Shown: in pieces, positions 9,537 through 18,984 of the stretch
Position numbering within the stretch: the first letter of the stretch is position 1
Layout: every line of letters starts with the position of its first letter
NCBI GenBank assembly: GCA_964350885.1
Contig: CAYGKV010000004.1
Coordinates: 4,480 to 68,479, forward strand
DNA: 64,000 nucleotides
Source of the DNA: an uncultured Candidatus Saccharibacteria bacterium
GTDB lineage: Bacteria; Patescibacteriota; Minisyncoccia; Phycocordibacterales; UBA2100
Direction: 5' to 3'
The notes under the pieces: generated by a model
Database searches by the model: none
The model's input: only the letters and a program-made list of their open reading frames with translations
What the model was told of the DNA's origin: nothing
Position numbers and translations under genes: made by a program

Positions 9537-10283
9537 TTATTCGACAGCAATGACGCCCTCTAGAGCTGGATTTATGTGATCGTGGTATGGCCATACCCCC
9601 TTCTTGTCGAAGGTATACATATAGCTCTGACCTTTTCCAACTCCTTTAAATTGGTCAAAGGTAGCTAAAATCTCGTGCGAAGGATGCATGTTGGATGCAA
9701 CCCACATTTCCTCACCCCTTTGATTTATAAATTCGACCATTGCGCCGACTGGCACAGTGAGCTTTGCCGGCTCGAAGCCAGTATCGGTATAGCGAACAGT
9801 TACCATCCCCATGCCGTCGCTTGGAGCTACTTCGTGCTCAAAGACAGACGCGAGTACTGGCTTTCCGGTCTCTGCGAATACGGCCGAAGCATTAATCGGC
9901 TGATCAAGCTCGTTGAACGACTTGTCTCCGTCATCGTGATAGATCATAGTAATGAGCTGATCTACTTCGTTATAGGTGTAGAAATCGCCAAGTTCGATAA
10001 TTACGTTTTTATGTTCTCCTGCTTCAAGATATCGACTGATTTCTATAACCTGACCAATCCGTCTACCATCACCACCACGAACAATCACATAGCCACTTCT
10101 TGACAGCGTAACTTGGTCAATTTTTACCAAAGTATGAGCATCTTGTTGAGTGATCACAAGCTCGTCACTTTTCGAAACTGACGGAGACGTATCTATATTT
10201 TTGGTGCGAGAACTATTGAGATAAATAATTCCACTAATGACCACAAGAATTAGTGTTACTAGCGTGATTATTTTTAATTTCAT
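9537..10283 (-). CDS. membrane-anchored protein with C-terminal cupredoxin-like (Cupredoxin_1-type) domain
   Basis: N-terminal TM; C-terminal ~100 aa beta-sandwich-like region (LTVPVGAMVEFINQRGEEMWVASNMHPSHE...YHDH) with His/Met but no Cys. Confidence 0.4.
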   Translation of the reverse strand: MKLKIITLVTLILVVISGIIYLNSSRTKNIDTSPSVSKSDELVITQQDAHTLVKIDQVTLSRSGYVIVRGGDGRRIGQVIEISRYLEAGEHKNVIIELGDFYTYNEVDQLITMIYHDDGDKSFNELDQPINASAVFAETGKPVLASVFEHEVAPSDGMGMVTVRYTDTGFEPAKLTVPVGAMVEFINQRGEEMWVASNMHPSHEILATFDQFKGVGKGQSYMYTFDKKGVWPYHDHINPALEGVIAVE

Positions 10284-10294
10284 GACTTGTATGT

Positions 10295-10720
10295 TTATTC
10301 GTATCTCAGTTCGATCTTATCCTTGTCTTGCATCTGATAATTTTCGTATTCCGTATTTTCCTGACCGTTGACTGTCATTTTCATATTCGATCCGAAAGAC
10401 CGCATATCTTTGCCCCATACCCCAAAGAATTTACCGAGAGCAGTATCCTGCTTCTGGACTAAACCCTGAAATTCGAGATGAATTACTCCTTTTGATGCAT
10501 CTTCGCTATGCGTATGTGTAGGCTGATGCCCTCCTACGAGACCAATGTTTGCGGGAATTTCCTGTTTTTCTCCTTTTATGTAGATTGCGAGTTCCGGATG
10601 CCAGTGTAAGCCGTTGCGAGCAATCATATCCGGATTGCTTTTTTGTAAGCTTTTTGACCACCATACACCTCCCACAAGGAGCAGAATAACGATGCCGATG
10701 ATAATAAATGTATTTTTCAT
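10295..10720 (-). CDS. membrane-anchored hypothetical protein with His-rich motif (HWHPE...GGHQPTHTHSED)
   Basis: N-terminal TM helix; His cluster suggests metal binding; no family recognised. Confidence 0.35.
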   Translation of the reverse strand: MKNTFIIIGIVILLLVGGVWWSKSLQKSNPDMIARNGLHWHPELAIYIKGEKQEIPANIGLVGGHQPTHTHSEDASKGVIHLEFQGLVQKQDTALGKFFGVWGKDMRSFGSNMKMTVNGQENTEYENYQMQDKDKIELRYE

Positions 10721-10740
10721 AGTGATTAATGATTAAGTGA

Positions 10741-11283
10741 TTAGATTTTACAGACAGCAGGATTTTGGATTTGTTTTGCGGTGAGGTAGATCGAGGCCGA
10801 GAGTAAAATCACGCCAATAATTCCGAATTCAACGCCAGCAAACGGTAGGAAGGCAAGAATGCCGGACGCACCGACAAGCGAGAGTCCGCTCGTCAGCAAG
10901 AACGAACCGCATGCGGCACATCCCATACCAAGCACACCGCTTGCTATCCCTAAGAATCCCGTAGTTATTCCAGTTTGTTTTACTTCACTTATTTTTCGCC
11001 TCAGGAAGTAAACCACCATGGCGATGTTCACCCCAAAGAGAAGTGCGATGGCAATGGTGTACGAAGCCGAAAGCACGGTGAAGTTTGTTGCAATTGAACC
11101 CAAGAGACTGATTGGTATGCCAAGCTTTTGAGAGAAAGACGCATCAGCTGAACTGACAACAGCCGCAATCAAGCGAACGTTTGGAAGCCATGCGGCGAAT
11201 GCGAACATGACCGCACTCGCAACGAGCGCAGTAAATACATACGTCGCTTTGCTGAATACTTTTTGTAAAGCTTGGAATACCAT
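10741..11283 (-). CDS. polytopic membrane protein with intramembrane CxxC (GMGCAACGS); putative thiol-disulfide partner of the downstream DsbA-like gene
   Basis: ~5 TM helices; CAAC in a TM segment; translationally coupled (2-nt gap) to DsbA-like 11286..12029. Confidence 0.4.
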   Translation of the reverse strand: MVFQALQKVFSKATYVFTALVASAVMFAFAAWLPNVRLIAAVVSSADASFSQKLGIPISLLGSIATNFTVLSASYTIAIALLFGVNIAMVVYFLRRKISEVKQTGITTGFLGIASGVLGMGCAACGSFLLTSGLSLVGASGILAFLPFAGVEFGIIGVILLSASIYLTAKQIQNPAVCKI

Positions 11284-11285
11284 GT

Positions 11286-12029
11286 CTATTTACCTTGCAA
11301 TGCAAGGTCAATTAATTGTTTTACGGATGCATATGGCTGTGCACCTGAAAGCGGATACTTTTTATTTTTTGCACCAACCACTATGCTCCACGGCGTACCG
11401 TTGCCTCCTGTTGCAGTTGCGTTCTGAACTTCTTCCTCAATATGCGCGTCATATTTGGTGCTTGCTAGACAGGTATTGAATTTTGCCGTGTCCAAGCCTA
11501 CGAACTCCGCAATCTTTGGAAGCTCGGCCGGATCAAGGCCATTATTTGCGGGAGTGATTTCATAGAGGCGATCAGCGTAAGACCAGAACTTGTCGTTGCC
11601 TCCTTGCTCATTGGCACACTCCAGTGCAACGGCTTCTTTTCGAGCTTTAGAGTGAAGCTGATCAAGCGGAAAGTGCCTGTATACCCATGCTACCTTTCCA
11701 TCCTTACCGTAGATATCCATTGCTTCCTTCATAGTTGAATGGAATCTCTTGCAGAATGGGCATTCGGTATCAGAGTACTCAACGATCTTTACCAGTGCAT
11801 CAGGATTGCCTCGAATGTGATCACTACCTGTAATAGCTTTCATTGCTTCAAGGTCGCCGGTCTGCTGTGCGAATTGTTGAGGTTGTTGGCTATTTCCCGT
11901 AGTGGTAGACGCGTCCTTCGATGTGCCGAGGTATACCGCCCCGGCAATAAGTGCTCCGGCGATAACGATAGCGATTGGGATCGTCAATGTGGTAGTTTGT
12001 GCTGGAGGTTGAGATGTTTCGTGTTCCAT
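11286..12029 (-). CDS. DsbA-family thiol:disulfide oxidoreductase (thioredoxin fold, CPFC), membrane anchored
   Basis: TM anchor, S/T/Q-rich linker, active site TECPFCKRFH, DsbA-like helical insert. Confidence 0.8.
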   Translation of the reverse strand: MEHETSQPPAQTTTLTIPIAIVIAGALIAGAVYLGTSKDASTTTGNSQQPQQFAQQTGDLEAMKAITGSDHIRGNPDALVKIVEYSDTECPFCKRFHSTMKEAMDIYGKDGKVAWVYRHFPLDQLHSKARKEAVALECANEQGGNDKFWSYADRLYEITPANNGLDPAELPKIAEFVGLDTAKFNTCLASTKYDAHIEEEVQNATATGGNGTPWSIVVGAKNKKYPLSGAQPYASVKQLIDLALQGK

Positions 12030-12129
12030 ATTTTAATGATGACTATTTTTTATAAGTTGATAATGAAAATACCAGCATAAACAGACCCACTGCCTCGCGA
12101 CGGCCGTAAATCAATACTGGCTTCAAATG

Positions 12130-12564
12130 TTAGTAAAGTTCCGGGTTGAGAATGCCACGCGCAAAAGCGATCTTCAGCTGATTGAAAATTGCAATGTCGG
12201 GATTTTGCTGGACATAGAGTCGTAATCCTTCAGCGTCAGAATCGAATGATGGGTAACGATCTCGAAATGAAATCAAACTATACGCAAAGACTAACGCAAG
12301 CCCTAGGGCAAACAGAGTTAGAGAATCACGAAATCCTTGTGGCAATGCTAAAAGGGTACTTCTCCAAGATTCAATATGTTGTGACATGGTTGTGCCGCAA
12401 CAAGACTCCTCAGACGTCATCGACGATACCGTTTGGGTGTTCGATATGCCCATGTGCATCGATTTTTCATAGAACATCCCGACGCAGAGGAAACCAAAAA
12501 GCAATGTCCACGTGGTTAGTAGGACTACCGGCAATATGATCAATTTTTGTATATTGAAAAGCAT
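12130..12564 (-). CDS. hypothetical membrane protein
   Basis: Two predicted TM helices (LIILPVVLLTTWTLLFGFLCVGMFY; LTLFALGLALVFAYSLISF); overlapping + strand ORF 12189..12539 looks spurious. Confidence 0.4.
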   Translation of the reverse strand: MLFNIQKLIILPVVLLTTWTLLFGFLCVGMFYEKSMHMGISNTQTVSSMTSEESCCGTTMSQHIESWRSTLLALPQGFRDSLTLFALGLALVFAYSLISFRDRYPSFDSDAEGLRLYVQQNPDIAIFNQLKIAFARGILNPELY

Positions 12565-12637
12565 AAATTATTTTCTGCGCAGTGATTCCTCTATTTTAGC
12601 AGAAAAGCCGCCCTTTCGGGCGGACTTTTCTGTCTTG

Positions 12638-12667
12638 AATACCGCACTCAGCGGGTATGCTTTTTTT
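12638..12667 (+). terminator. Rho-independent terminator-like hairpin + T7 run (second of two tandem hairpins)
   Basis: AATACCGC-ACTCA-GCGGGTAT followed by TTTTTTT; preceded by AGCCGCCC-TTTC-GGGCGGACT + TTTTCTG at 12606-12633. Confidence 0.4.
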
Positions 12668-12801
12668 GGGATAGTGAACCTGTGATTTCTACCGAGATTT
12701 AAGGAGTCTAGGACACCCTGTTTACACAGTTCGTGTCCATGACTCGTTCTAAAAATGCTTTGAAAAACTTAGCGATTTTTAGAGTCTCGGTCGCTCTCAC
12801 A

Positions 12802-12875
12802 TGGCTGCCGGACTTGGACTCGAACCAAGATACTCTCCTCCAGAGGGAGAAGTCCTACCATTAGACGATCCGGCA
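12802..12875 (-). tRNA. tRNA-Gln (anticodon CTG), CCA encoded
   Basis: Reverse complement folds as a cloverleaf: U1-A72 pair and G73 (the bacterial tRNA-Gln hallmark), anticodon loop CUCUGGA, T-arm CTTGG-TTCGAGT-CCAAG, 3' GCCA. Confidence 0.8.
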
Positions 12876-13011
12876 ATATATTCATCCTACTACATTCGGC
12901 CTGCTGGCCTCATTATTTCCTCGCCTTCGCTCGTCAACATGAGACGATCTGGCAAAAAAGTGCGCGCCGTGAGGCGCGCACTCATAATACCCGCTTTGGA
13001 TGTTTTCTCAA

Positions 13012-13497
13012 TCACTCAGACGATCCCCCACCTGTGTTTGTATCTGAAGCGGCATTCGCTGAGTCCGCAACGGTCGCTACCCCCGGGCCGCACGCTTTCA
13101 TCGCAGTTCTGAATTGAGACCATACTGTCTGCTGCGCGTTTTTCCAATTCTTGTGCGCGAGTCGCATCGCAGCTTTGAAATTTGCCCAAGCAGATTTTAC
13201 CGCCGCACGGATTGTTTCGTTGCCTGTTTGATTATAGGCCGTCGCAAGTGCCGCTGATCTCGCACTGTACGCGGATGTCATTGCCTGCGTATTTGCCGCT
13301 ACCGCTGTTGCAAGCGCGGCTTCACGCGCAGCGACCGCATTTTTCACACACGTCATGTCAAAAGCCCCCGCAGTGGACGAGGCATGTCGTGGTGCCTCAT
13401 TACGCGCCCATGGAAGCTGGCGATTCTCGCCTGTGCTCGTCGCTCCCCCGATTAATGCCAGTATTCCAGCCGCCGATGCTAACAATTCTTGAACCAT
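13012..13497 (-). CDS. Ala-rich secreted/lipoprotein-like hypothetical protein
   Basis: N-terminal hydrophobic segment, then an Ala-rich helical repeat region; strand assignment vs overlapping + ORF 13182..13520 uncertain. Confidence 0.3.
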   Translation of the reverse strand: MVQELLASAAGILALIGGATSTGENRQLPWARNEAPRHASSTAGAFDMTCVKNAVAAREAALATAVAANTQAMTSAYSARSAALATAYNQTGNETIRAAVKSAWANFKAAMRLAHKNWKNAQQTVWSQFRTAMKACGPGVATVADSANAASDTNTGGGSSE

Positions 13498-13544
13498 ACA
13501 ATACTGTATTTAAAGTTTGAATAAACGCTCCCCAAGTATACGTC

Positions 13545-14540
13545 CTATTTCTTCGAAAGATCGGGAGTATGTGTATAATCGGCAGCTGCAACCAGAGGAC
13601 ACGTACGCCGATCGCGCTGTAGCTCCACTGGGATCTCTTCTATATGTTGCACGCCACTTGGGCCAAACGTGACGCGAATCATGAGCCCACGACGCACCGC
13701 CTCTTCCCAATATTGATCAAAAATCATGTTGCCGAGCGAATAATAGATAGTGGTACCTCGGTACTCTTCACGCTCTTGGATGATGTGCGGATGTGAGCCG
13801 ACGACGAGCGAAGCCCCCGCATCCACAAATTGCCGTGCGAGAGTCTTCATACGCTCGGAAGACGGCTCGTATTCTTCTCCCCAGTGGGTATACACAACTA
13901 CAACCCTACCCATCCCAGATTCCATGCGGACTTGGGCCACCGTATGATCAGTATTGTCGCTCGTCCAATCACTCCAATTGACGAATGAAAATTGAATGCC
14001 GTTTATCAGAAGACGACCGACACGCTCGCTTTCTCCTAGATCAGGATCTCCAAAAAAATCCACGCCCGCCGCGCGGAGTAATTGCTTAGTCTCTGCCAAT
14101 CCTTCGCGGCCGAAATTCAAGGTGTGGTTGTTACCCAAATTCACCATGCGAATATTGTGCGCAAACAACAGCGCTGCCGTTCCCGGCGGAAATGTGAACG
14201 TGTAATTCCCTTCCCCACCAGGCACCGTGCCAACGCTCACCGAAGGATTGCTAGTAATAGGGCCTTCAAGATTCGCCACAACGAGATCACTGTCTTTCAA
14301 TACCTCGTCAATACATGAAAAAATAAAATCACCACCCTTCTCTTGCATCGCAATCCGGATCGTGCGGTCAAACATCATGTCCCCGCCGAAGAGTACGGTG
14401 GCGTGCGAAGTCGAGAACGGGGAAAGTGTCGAAAGCCATGCAGATACTCCCATCACCAAGAAAAGGAGCGCTGCGAGAGACGCGAGCTTCAAGGTTGTAA
14501 AATATGTGCGGTGCCTCATCTGGTTCACCACAATGGCCAC
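13545..14540 (-). CDS. CapA/PgsA-family metallophosphoesterase (poly-gamma-glutamate biosynthesis-like)
   Basis: TM anchor; MPP motifs (GDMMFDR, NLEGPIT, NLGNNHTLNFG, SHPH) matching CapA family. Confidence 0.75.
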   Translation of the reverse strand: MAIVVNQMRHRTYFTTLKLASLAALLFLVMGVSAWLSTLSPFSTSHATVLFGGDMMFDRTIRIAMQEKGGDFIFSCIDEVLKDSDLVVANLEGPITSNPSVSVGTVPGGEGNYTFTFPPGTAALLFAHNIRMVNLGNNHTLNFGREGLAETKQLLRAAGVDFFGDPDLGESERVGRLLINGIQFSFVNWSDWTSDNTDHTVAQVRMESGMGRVVVVYTHWGEEYEPSSERMKTLARQFVDAGASLVVGSHPHIIQEREEYRGTTIYYSLGNMIFDQYWEEAVRRGLMIRVTFGPSGVQHIEEIPVELQRDRRTCPLVAAADYTHTPDLSKK

Positions 14541-14544
14541 TCAA

Positions 14545-15591
14545 TTACCCGGTGATCCCCGCGAGTGAGTGCGGCTTTCCTTCGGCGATTGCTGCGTGCG
14601 TGATACGGATGAACTGCGCTTTCTTCTCGAATTCTGGAATCGTTCTTGCACCTACATACCCCATGCCTACCTGGACCCCGGAAGCGAGCTCGGCCACTAT
14701 TTCTCCTACCGGGCCTTTATATGGTACGAGCGCCTCGACGCCTTCCGGCACAGCCTTACGACCATGAGTGAAATATCGCTCTGATCCGGATGCGCTCTTG
14801 ATGACCGCCTGAGAACCCATCCCGCGGTACTCCTTAAATTTTTTTCCATCCTTCTCAACGATCTTTCCAGGAGTCTCGTCGGTGCCGGCAAAAAGGTTTC
14901 CGAGCATCACCGCGGAAGCTCCGGCAGCGAGCGCCTTGGCAATATCTCCAGACGTGCGAATGCCTCCATCCGCGATGACGGGGACTTTATATTTTCGAGC
15001 AACAGCCACGACTTCCAAGACCGCCGAGAGCTGCGGCACGCCGACTCCCGAGATGAGACGCGTCGTACAAATAGAGCCTGGGCCCACACCCACCTTGATC
15101 GCATCGGCAAATTGACACGCTTCTTTTGCGGCCTCACCCGTCGCAATGTTACCGAAAATCATTTTGGCGTGCTTGAGGGTTTTCTTTATCTTTTTCGCGC
15201 TCGCTACAACATTCAAATTATGTCCGTGCGCACAATCGATGACGATAACGTCGCACCCAGCTTCATCGAGCGCTTTCGCTCGGTCTGCGGCAAAAGGGCC
15301 ACATGCGGCAGCGACAGAAACGCCCGCGCTCTTGACCTCACGCACCATTCTCGCCTGCTCCTCCACCGAGCAATTGCGATGCAAAACGCCCAGACCTCCG
15401 AGCTTTCCGAGAGCGATTGCCATGTGAGGCTCCGTCACGCGGTCCATCGCGGCGGAGAGGAATGGAACCGAGAGATCGATCCCTGCTATGCGTGTTTTGA
15501 GAGATGCTTCTGCCGGCTCCATAATGGAGGCGCCTGGTCGGATCAGAACGTCATCGAATGTAAATCCTTCTTTGAGAATTTTGACAGCCAT
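14545..15591 (-). CDS. IMP dehydrogenase/GMP reductase family protein lacking the CBS subdomain
   Basis: [12 protein letters not shown]-terminus, catalytic loop [19 protein letters not shown] phosphate-binding; 348 aa (no CBS pair). Confidence 0.8.
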   Translation of the reverse strand: MAVKILKEGFTFDDVLIRPGASIMEPAEASLKTRIAGIDLSVPFLSAAMDRVTEPHMAIALGKLGGLGVLHRNCSVEEQARMVREVKSAGVSVAAACGPFAADRAKALDEAGCDVIVIDCAHGHNLNVVASAKKIKKTLKHAKMIFGNIATGEAAKEACQFADAIKVGVGPGSICTTRLISGVGVPQLSAVLEVVAVARKYKVPVIADGGIRTSGDIAKALAAGASAVMLGNLFAGTDETPGKIVEKDGKKFKEYRGMGSQAVIKSASGSERYFTHGRKAVPEGVEALVPYKGPVGEIVAELASGVQVGMGYVGARTIPEFEKKAQFIRITHAAIAEGKPHSLAGITG

Positions 15592-15620
15592 GTGCCATTA
15601 TACTCCTCTCCGCTAAAAAG

Positions 15621-16352
15621 TCAAATTTCCTTGACCGTTGCAATGAGCGCATAGTGATCGGATATGCCGGGGATCAGCTCAACATCAGAAACTGCGTAGC
15701 CCGGGGTGCTAAACAACCCGTCAACCATAACAGGAATATGGCCATCGCGATGGAGCGTGCCATCAATGCTCGTCGTGTAGCGCAGCGGGATATTGTCTGT
15801 ATATTTCTGCGCCAGCATTCCGAATATTTCTCCGCCGCGAGGGGCGTTGAAATCTCCGCATAAGACAAACTCCCCCTTCGACTCAAGAATGCGGAGCAAC
15901 TCTTTCATATCCCGCCGCTGATCGTCGTCTGCCTGTCCATCGGGTGTCCATGTAAAATGCGTCGTCGCTATCCGAAACAGCGCCCCTTCTTTTTCTACAT
16001 CGCACCACACGAGCGGGAAATTCTTATTGTTGTAGGTTTTCTCATCGCTCTGATCGAGCTCGGGGATACGCGCAGGATCTCCCCGATAGAACAGAACACC
16101 CCGGTCACGGACAGGTAGCTTCGAGAAGATGCCGACACCGAAAATTTGTGGCGATTCCTCTCCAATGTGCCGCGCCATAGGGATAAAATCGCATGTAGCA
16201 CCGAGGGCTTCGGAGATGGTGGGAACATCGGCCTCGAGAAGTTCCTGGAGGCACACAACGTCTGATGATTGCGAGCGTAAGAACGGTAGTACCAAGTCGA
16301 TATGTCTCGAGCGTTCGACATTGAGTGAGACGAGCCTCAATGATACGCTCAT
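15621..16352 (-). CDS. endonuclease/exonuclease/phosphatase (EEP) family protein
   Basis: SLNVERS...VVCLQE N-terminal EEP motifs and C-terminal SDHYAL; start chosen at ATG 16350-16352 (4 nt after pyrG stop). Track ORF extends to 16724 but overlaps pyrG, so the upstream part is rejected. Confidence 0.65.
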   Translation of the reverse strand: MSVSLRLVSLNVERSRHIDLVLPFLRSQSSDVVCLQELLEADVPTISEALGATCDFIPMARHIGEESPQIFGVGIFSKLPVRDRGVLFYRGDPARIPELDQSDEKTYNNKNFPLVWCDVEKEGALFRIATTHFTWTPDGQADDDQRRDMKELLRILESKGEFVLCGDFNAPRGGEIFGMLAQKYTDNIPLRYTTSIDGTLHRDGHIPVMVDGLFSTPGYAVSDVELIPGISDHYALIATVKEI

Positions 16353-16356
16353 GGGC

Positions 16357-18033
16357 CTATCGCTCATGAGAGGCACCTGTAGACGGCCTCCGTCCAATCG
16401 CCGCCTTGATGAATGCGCTGAACAAAGGGTGCGGAGAAAGCGGGCGGGCCTTAAGCTCAGGATGGAATTGCGTACCGAGGAAAAATGGGTGCACGCTCTT
16501 TGGAAGCTCGGCAATCTCCATGAGCTTACCGTCGGGAGATTTGCCCGAAAATACAAGCCCGCCTGCCGTAAGCCTCTCGACATACGCCGGATTGATTTCA
16601 TACCGATGGCGGTGACGCTCGGAAATCTCGTCCGAGCCGTATGCCTCTCTGACAATCGTACCCTTATCGAGGATGCACGGATACGCACCGAGGCGCATCG
16701 AGCCTCCGTAATCTTTTTTGGCAAGTTTCGCGCGTTGCTCGGGAAGGATATCGATCACGGGATGCGGAGTCTTAGGATTGATCTCGGTCGTGTTTGCATC
16801 CTTGAGGCCAAGCATGTGCCGCGCATACTCTATGACGAGCATGTGGAGCCCGTAGCAAAGCCCGAAATACGGAATGGAGTGTTCACGAGCATACTGCGCC
16901 GTCATGATCTTGCCTTCTATGCCCGTTTCTCCAAATCCGCCGGGCACTATAATACCGTCATATTCCCCCAGTGACGCGAGTGGAAGCGTCCCGTCTTGTA
17001 TCTCTTTGGCATTGATCCACGTGATCTCCGGCTTTACGCCATGCGCGTAGGCGGAAAATTTGATCGCTTCAATAACAGAAAAATACGCATCAGAGAGCAT
17101 GAAATCTCCCGTATCGAAATATTTACCGACAATGCCAATCTTCACGACCCCCTTACCGTTGTGGGCATGTTCAACAAAAGATTTCCACTCAGAAAAATCA
17201 GGTGTTTGTTTCGCACGCTTTCCCAAGAGGCTCATGAGGATTTCAGAGAGCTTGTCACGCTCAAAATTGAGTGGTATGTCGTAAATAGAATCAACGTCAG
17301 GTGCAGAGATGATGTGCTCTGCGTGCACGTTGCACCATATCGCGAGCTTCTCTTTGCGTTTTTTGTCTAGCGTGTGCGTTGAGCGGGCAATGATGACATC
17401 CGGCTGAACTCCGTATGCGTTGAGCTGACGTACGGCGTTTTGTGTTGGCTTTGTTTTCATTTCTCCAATAGCGTTTGGCACCGGGAGGTACGACACCATG
17501 ACAAAAAGGACATCTGCTGGATGTTTGAGGTGCATGATACGCGCCGCATCAATGAAGAGAGCGTTTGAAAAATCGCCAAGCGTGCCTCCGATCTCCACGA
17601 CGGTTACGTCGGATTTCGCCATGCGCGCAGAGCGCTCCAAGCGTTCGACAATCTCATCCCGCACGTGCGGTATCGCTTCGACACACTTCCCGCCGTACCC
17701 GAGGTTGCGTTCGCGTTCAATTACCGCCTTGTAGACCATCCCGCTCGTCATGTAATCTTCTGGACCCAGATCACGGCCGGAGAATCGCTCGTAGTTGCCC
17801 ATGTCCTGATCGGTCTCAAGACCGCAATCGAGGATAAACACCTCGCCGTGTTCTGTCGGATTCATCGTGCCCGCATCGACATTCAGATATGGATCGATTT
17901 TTACAAGATTGACTGAGAGTCCGCGTGCAGTAAGAAGTTTTCCTATTGATGCCGTTGCGGTTCCCTTTCCCACTCCGGACATGACGCCACCCACGACGAA
18001 AATATATTTATGGCCTCCGCGCGCGCGTTTCAT
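16357..18033 (-). CDS. pyrG: CTP synthase
   Basis: N-terminal synthetase domain (GGVMSGVGKG), C-terminal glutamine amidotransferase with GLCYGLH (Cys-His) motif; 558 aa. Confidence 0.95.
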   Translation of the reverse strand: MKRARGGHKYIFVVGGVMSGVGKGTATASIGKLLTARGLSVNLVKIDPYLNVDAGTMNPTEHGEVFILDCGLETDQDMGNYERFSGRDLGPEDYMTSGMVYKAVIERERNLGYGGKCVEAIPHVRDEIVERLERSARMAKSDVTVVEIGGTLGDFSNALFIDAARIMHLKHPADVLFVMVSYLPVPNAIGEMKTKPTQNAVRQLNAYGVQPDVIIARSTHTLDKKRKEKLAIWCNVHAEHIISAPDVDSIYDIPLNFERDKLSEILMSLLGKRAKQTPDFSEWKSFVEHAHNGKGVVKIGIVGKYFDTGDFMLSDAYFSVIEAIKFSAYAHGVKPEITWINAKEIQDGTLPLASLGEYDGIIVPGGFGETGIEGKIMTAQYAREHSIPYFGLCYGLHMLVIEYARHMLGLKDANTTEINPKTPHPVIDILPEQRAKLAKKDYGGSMRLGAYPCILDKGTIVREAYGSDEISERHRHRYEINPAYVERLTAGGLVFSGKSPDGKLMEIAELPKSVHPFFLGTQFHPELKARPLSPHPLFSAFIKAAIGRRPSTGASHER

Positions 18034-18045
18034 ACTCCTAGCGTA

Positions 18046-18975
18046 TCATGCGTTGAGGTACCTACGAACTGCGAGATAACTGGACAAAGCACCTAGGGCG
18101 ATTCCAGAACCCATTATCACGACAAAAAGGGTCGGAAATGCGCTGATAAAGTAACTAAATACATTGAACGAGCCCAAAAACCGCTCAGTCCCTGGCCCCA
18201 ACCACAACGTGAGCGGATACAAGAAGAGAAGTACGATGATGCCTGAAATGGCTCCATACAAAATACCGGCAATCATGAAAGGGCCGCGCACAAACCATCG
18301 TGAAGCACCGACCAAATTCATGACGCCAATTTCGTCTCGAGCGGTGTAAATCGCGAGACGGATGGTGTTGAATGCGATGAGAAGCGAAGCAAGTCCGAGG
18401 ATTATGGAAATCGCAATACCAATCCTCTTTGAAGTCTCTATGATGTTCGTCAAGCGATCGATCGCGGTCTTGTTTTGATAAAAATTCACTTTTTCGATCG
18501 CTGCGCCCCCATTCGTTCGCGTCGCCTGCTGAGCATCAAGGTACTTCGCTATCGCTTCATACTGCGACGTTTCTTTCGCACGAATCTCAAGAGATGCGCC
18601 CAAAGGGTTTGCGCCAAGCTCTTCAAGGGCCTGCATCGTCAACTGATCATTCTGATGACGTGCCTGAAACTGGGCAAGTGCCTCCTCGCGCGACACGTAT
18701 CGGACAAAAGCAACCTGCGGGAGCGTCGAGATCGTTTTTTGCATCTCCATAATCTGACCCTCAGTGGCACTAATCGTAAAATAGACGGTCACATCTACTT
18801 TGTCGGTTAATTGTTTTAATACCGAATTTAGAGCTGCACCGAAGATCATGAGCCCCGCAACAACAAAGAGCGTAATTGTCATGATGAGAACCCCCGCGAG
18901 GGAAACAAATCCGTTGCGGACAAAACCCACGAAGCCATATCGTGCTACCCGCTTTCCTGTACTCCAGTAGGACAT
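18046..18975 (-). CDS. ftsX: cell-division ABC transporter permease FtsX
   Basis: ~300 aa, large periplasmic loop after TM1 then 3 C-terminal TM helices; adjacent to ftsE. Confidence 0.8.
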   Translation of the reverse strand: MSYWSTGKRVARYGFVGFVRNGFVSLAGVLIMTITLFVVAGLMIFGAALNSVLKQLTDKVDVTVYFTISATEGQIMEMQKTISTLPQVAFVRYVSREEALAQFQARHQNDQLTMQALEELGANPLGASLEIRAKETSQYEAIAKYLDAQQATRTNGGAAIEKVNFYQNKTAIDRLTNIIETSKRIGIAISIILGLASLLIAFNTIRLAIYTARDEIGVMNLVGASRWFVRGPFMIAGILYGAISGIIVLLFLYPLTLWLGPGTERFLGSFNVFSYFISAFPTLFVVIMGSGIALGALSSYLAVRRYLNA

Positions 18976-18984
18976 ATCTGTATT

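Noticed and set aside
16129-16974. 281-aa + strand ORF antisense to CTP synthase (similar antisense ORFs at 19030..19674, 25907..27031, 53228..54100, 47138..47641, 36714..37250)
   Set aside because: Each is embedded in the opposite strand of a strongly supported conserved gene (pyrG, ftsE, gatA/gatC, ftsH, PG-binding protein, pilB) and has low-complexity Arg/Ser/Pro-rich translation typical of antisense frames in GC-rich genes.
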